NCBI GenBank assembly: GCA_965649765.1
Contig: OZ287758.1
Coordinates: forward strand, 50,220,001-50,284,000
Direction of reading: 5' to 3'
DNA from: Bispira polyomma
Lineage: Eukaryota
DNA: 64,000 nucleotides
A program made the position numbers and the translations under genes. The notes beneath the pieces are model-generated. The model had not been told where the DNA came from. It was given only the letters and a program-made list of their open reading frames with translations, and searched no databases. Below, piece after piece: positions 63,250-64,000 of this stretch (positions are counted from its first letter, which is position 1; each line of letters opens with the position of its first letter).

Positions 63250-64000
63250 TAATTGTAACTGTAATTAGACTTTTATCGCGCTTAATCTCCCCTTAACAAA
63301 GGGGACTCTAAGGCACACCAGCACAAAAGACGGTAATCCAATTTCCAAAATCAAGGGACAGAAAAGGTTCAGCAACATAGAGCGCGCCGGGGGATGATTG
63401 AGACTAAGGTGGATATGCTTTAGTGTACAAGTGGGTTTTAAGCTGCTTTCTAAAACAGGCTAGTGGAGGGAAGCACGAATCACATCAGGAAGAGCATTCC
63501 AAACAATGGGAGCATCAAAAGCAAAGCTGTGACCAAACTGTTTAACCGACTTTTGAGTAAATAGGTGAAACTTACGAACAACAAGGAAATTACTACCACT
63601 CTGACTACATCTGGTATTGTAGGAACTACTGTAAGTGGAAAGATATTCAGAAAATACTTTGGAAACCCAGTGTGAAGAAACTGATAAACAAGTGTAGCTG
63701 TCTTAAACACTGAACGCTGTTCAAAAGGGAGCCAATGCTATTTCTTAAGAACAGGAGTTATACTGGTGTATCGACTGGTGTTTGACACAATTCCTGGTGC
63801 ACTATTTTGAATGCATTGTAATTTACGTCGATTAAACTTTGAGAGACTCCTGAAAAGCGAATTGCAGTAATCCAGTCTACTACTGACAAAAGCATTGGCC
63901 ACAAGTATAGAAGCATCATAAGTGAGAAACTGCAGTAATCCAGTCTACTACTGACAAAAGCATTGGCAACAAGTATAGAAGCATCATAAGTGAGAAACCG
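63250..64000 (-). mobile_element. L2-type LINE 3' end (RT C-terminus and 3' UTR)
   Basis: ANAFVSSRLDYCNSLF...LQCIQNSA...SITPVLKK*HWLP...FKTATLVY; 3' stem-loop tcccctttgttaagggga and attaca-like tail; approximately 69-bp internal duplication at 63863-63998. Confidence 0.88.

Overview
AT-rich (roughly one-third GC by eye) eukaryotic, probably invertebrate (mollusc-like) genomic DNA, dominated by transposon relics, with no intact conserved host gene. Two structures stand out. (1) 33306-39503 is a young Penelope-like (Neptune-type) retroelement insertion bounded by a perfect 15-bp target-site duplication (tatatgtgaagacat). It has two divergent arms and two intact type I hammerhead ribozymes. The reconstructed unit is HHR - ORF1 (261 aa) - RT/GIY-YIG (RT core deleted) - CRE-motif cluster - C2H2 zinc-finger ORF with TQT-like motifs - HHR, so the element carries its own putative transcription factor. 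(2) 2-20 kb is a degraded, roughly three-times repeated composite unit carrying intronless copies of the piRNA-biogenesis gene EXD1. The longest copy lies head-to-head with a spliced coiled-coil/C2H2 gene, and the unit is interleaved with Harbinger transposase and Myb/SANT genes, a DIRS gag and a Maverick polymerase fragment. Also present are two relic tyrosine-recombinase genes, a Gypsy gag with solo LTRs, L2/CR1 LINE pieces, SINEs, MITEs, a degenerate third hammerhead, minisatellites, and a run of small + strand exons at 49.7-53 kb that may be a host receptor tail. All homology calls come from motif recognition, not database searches.
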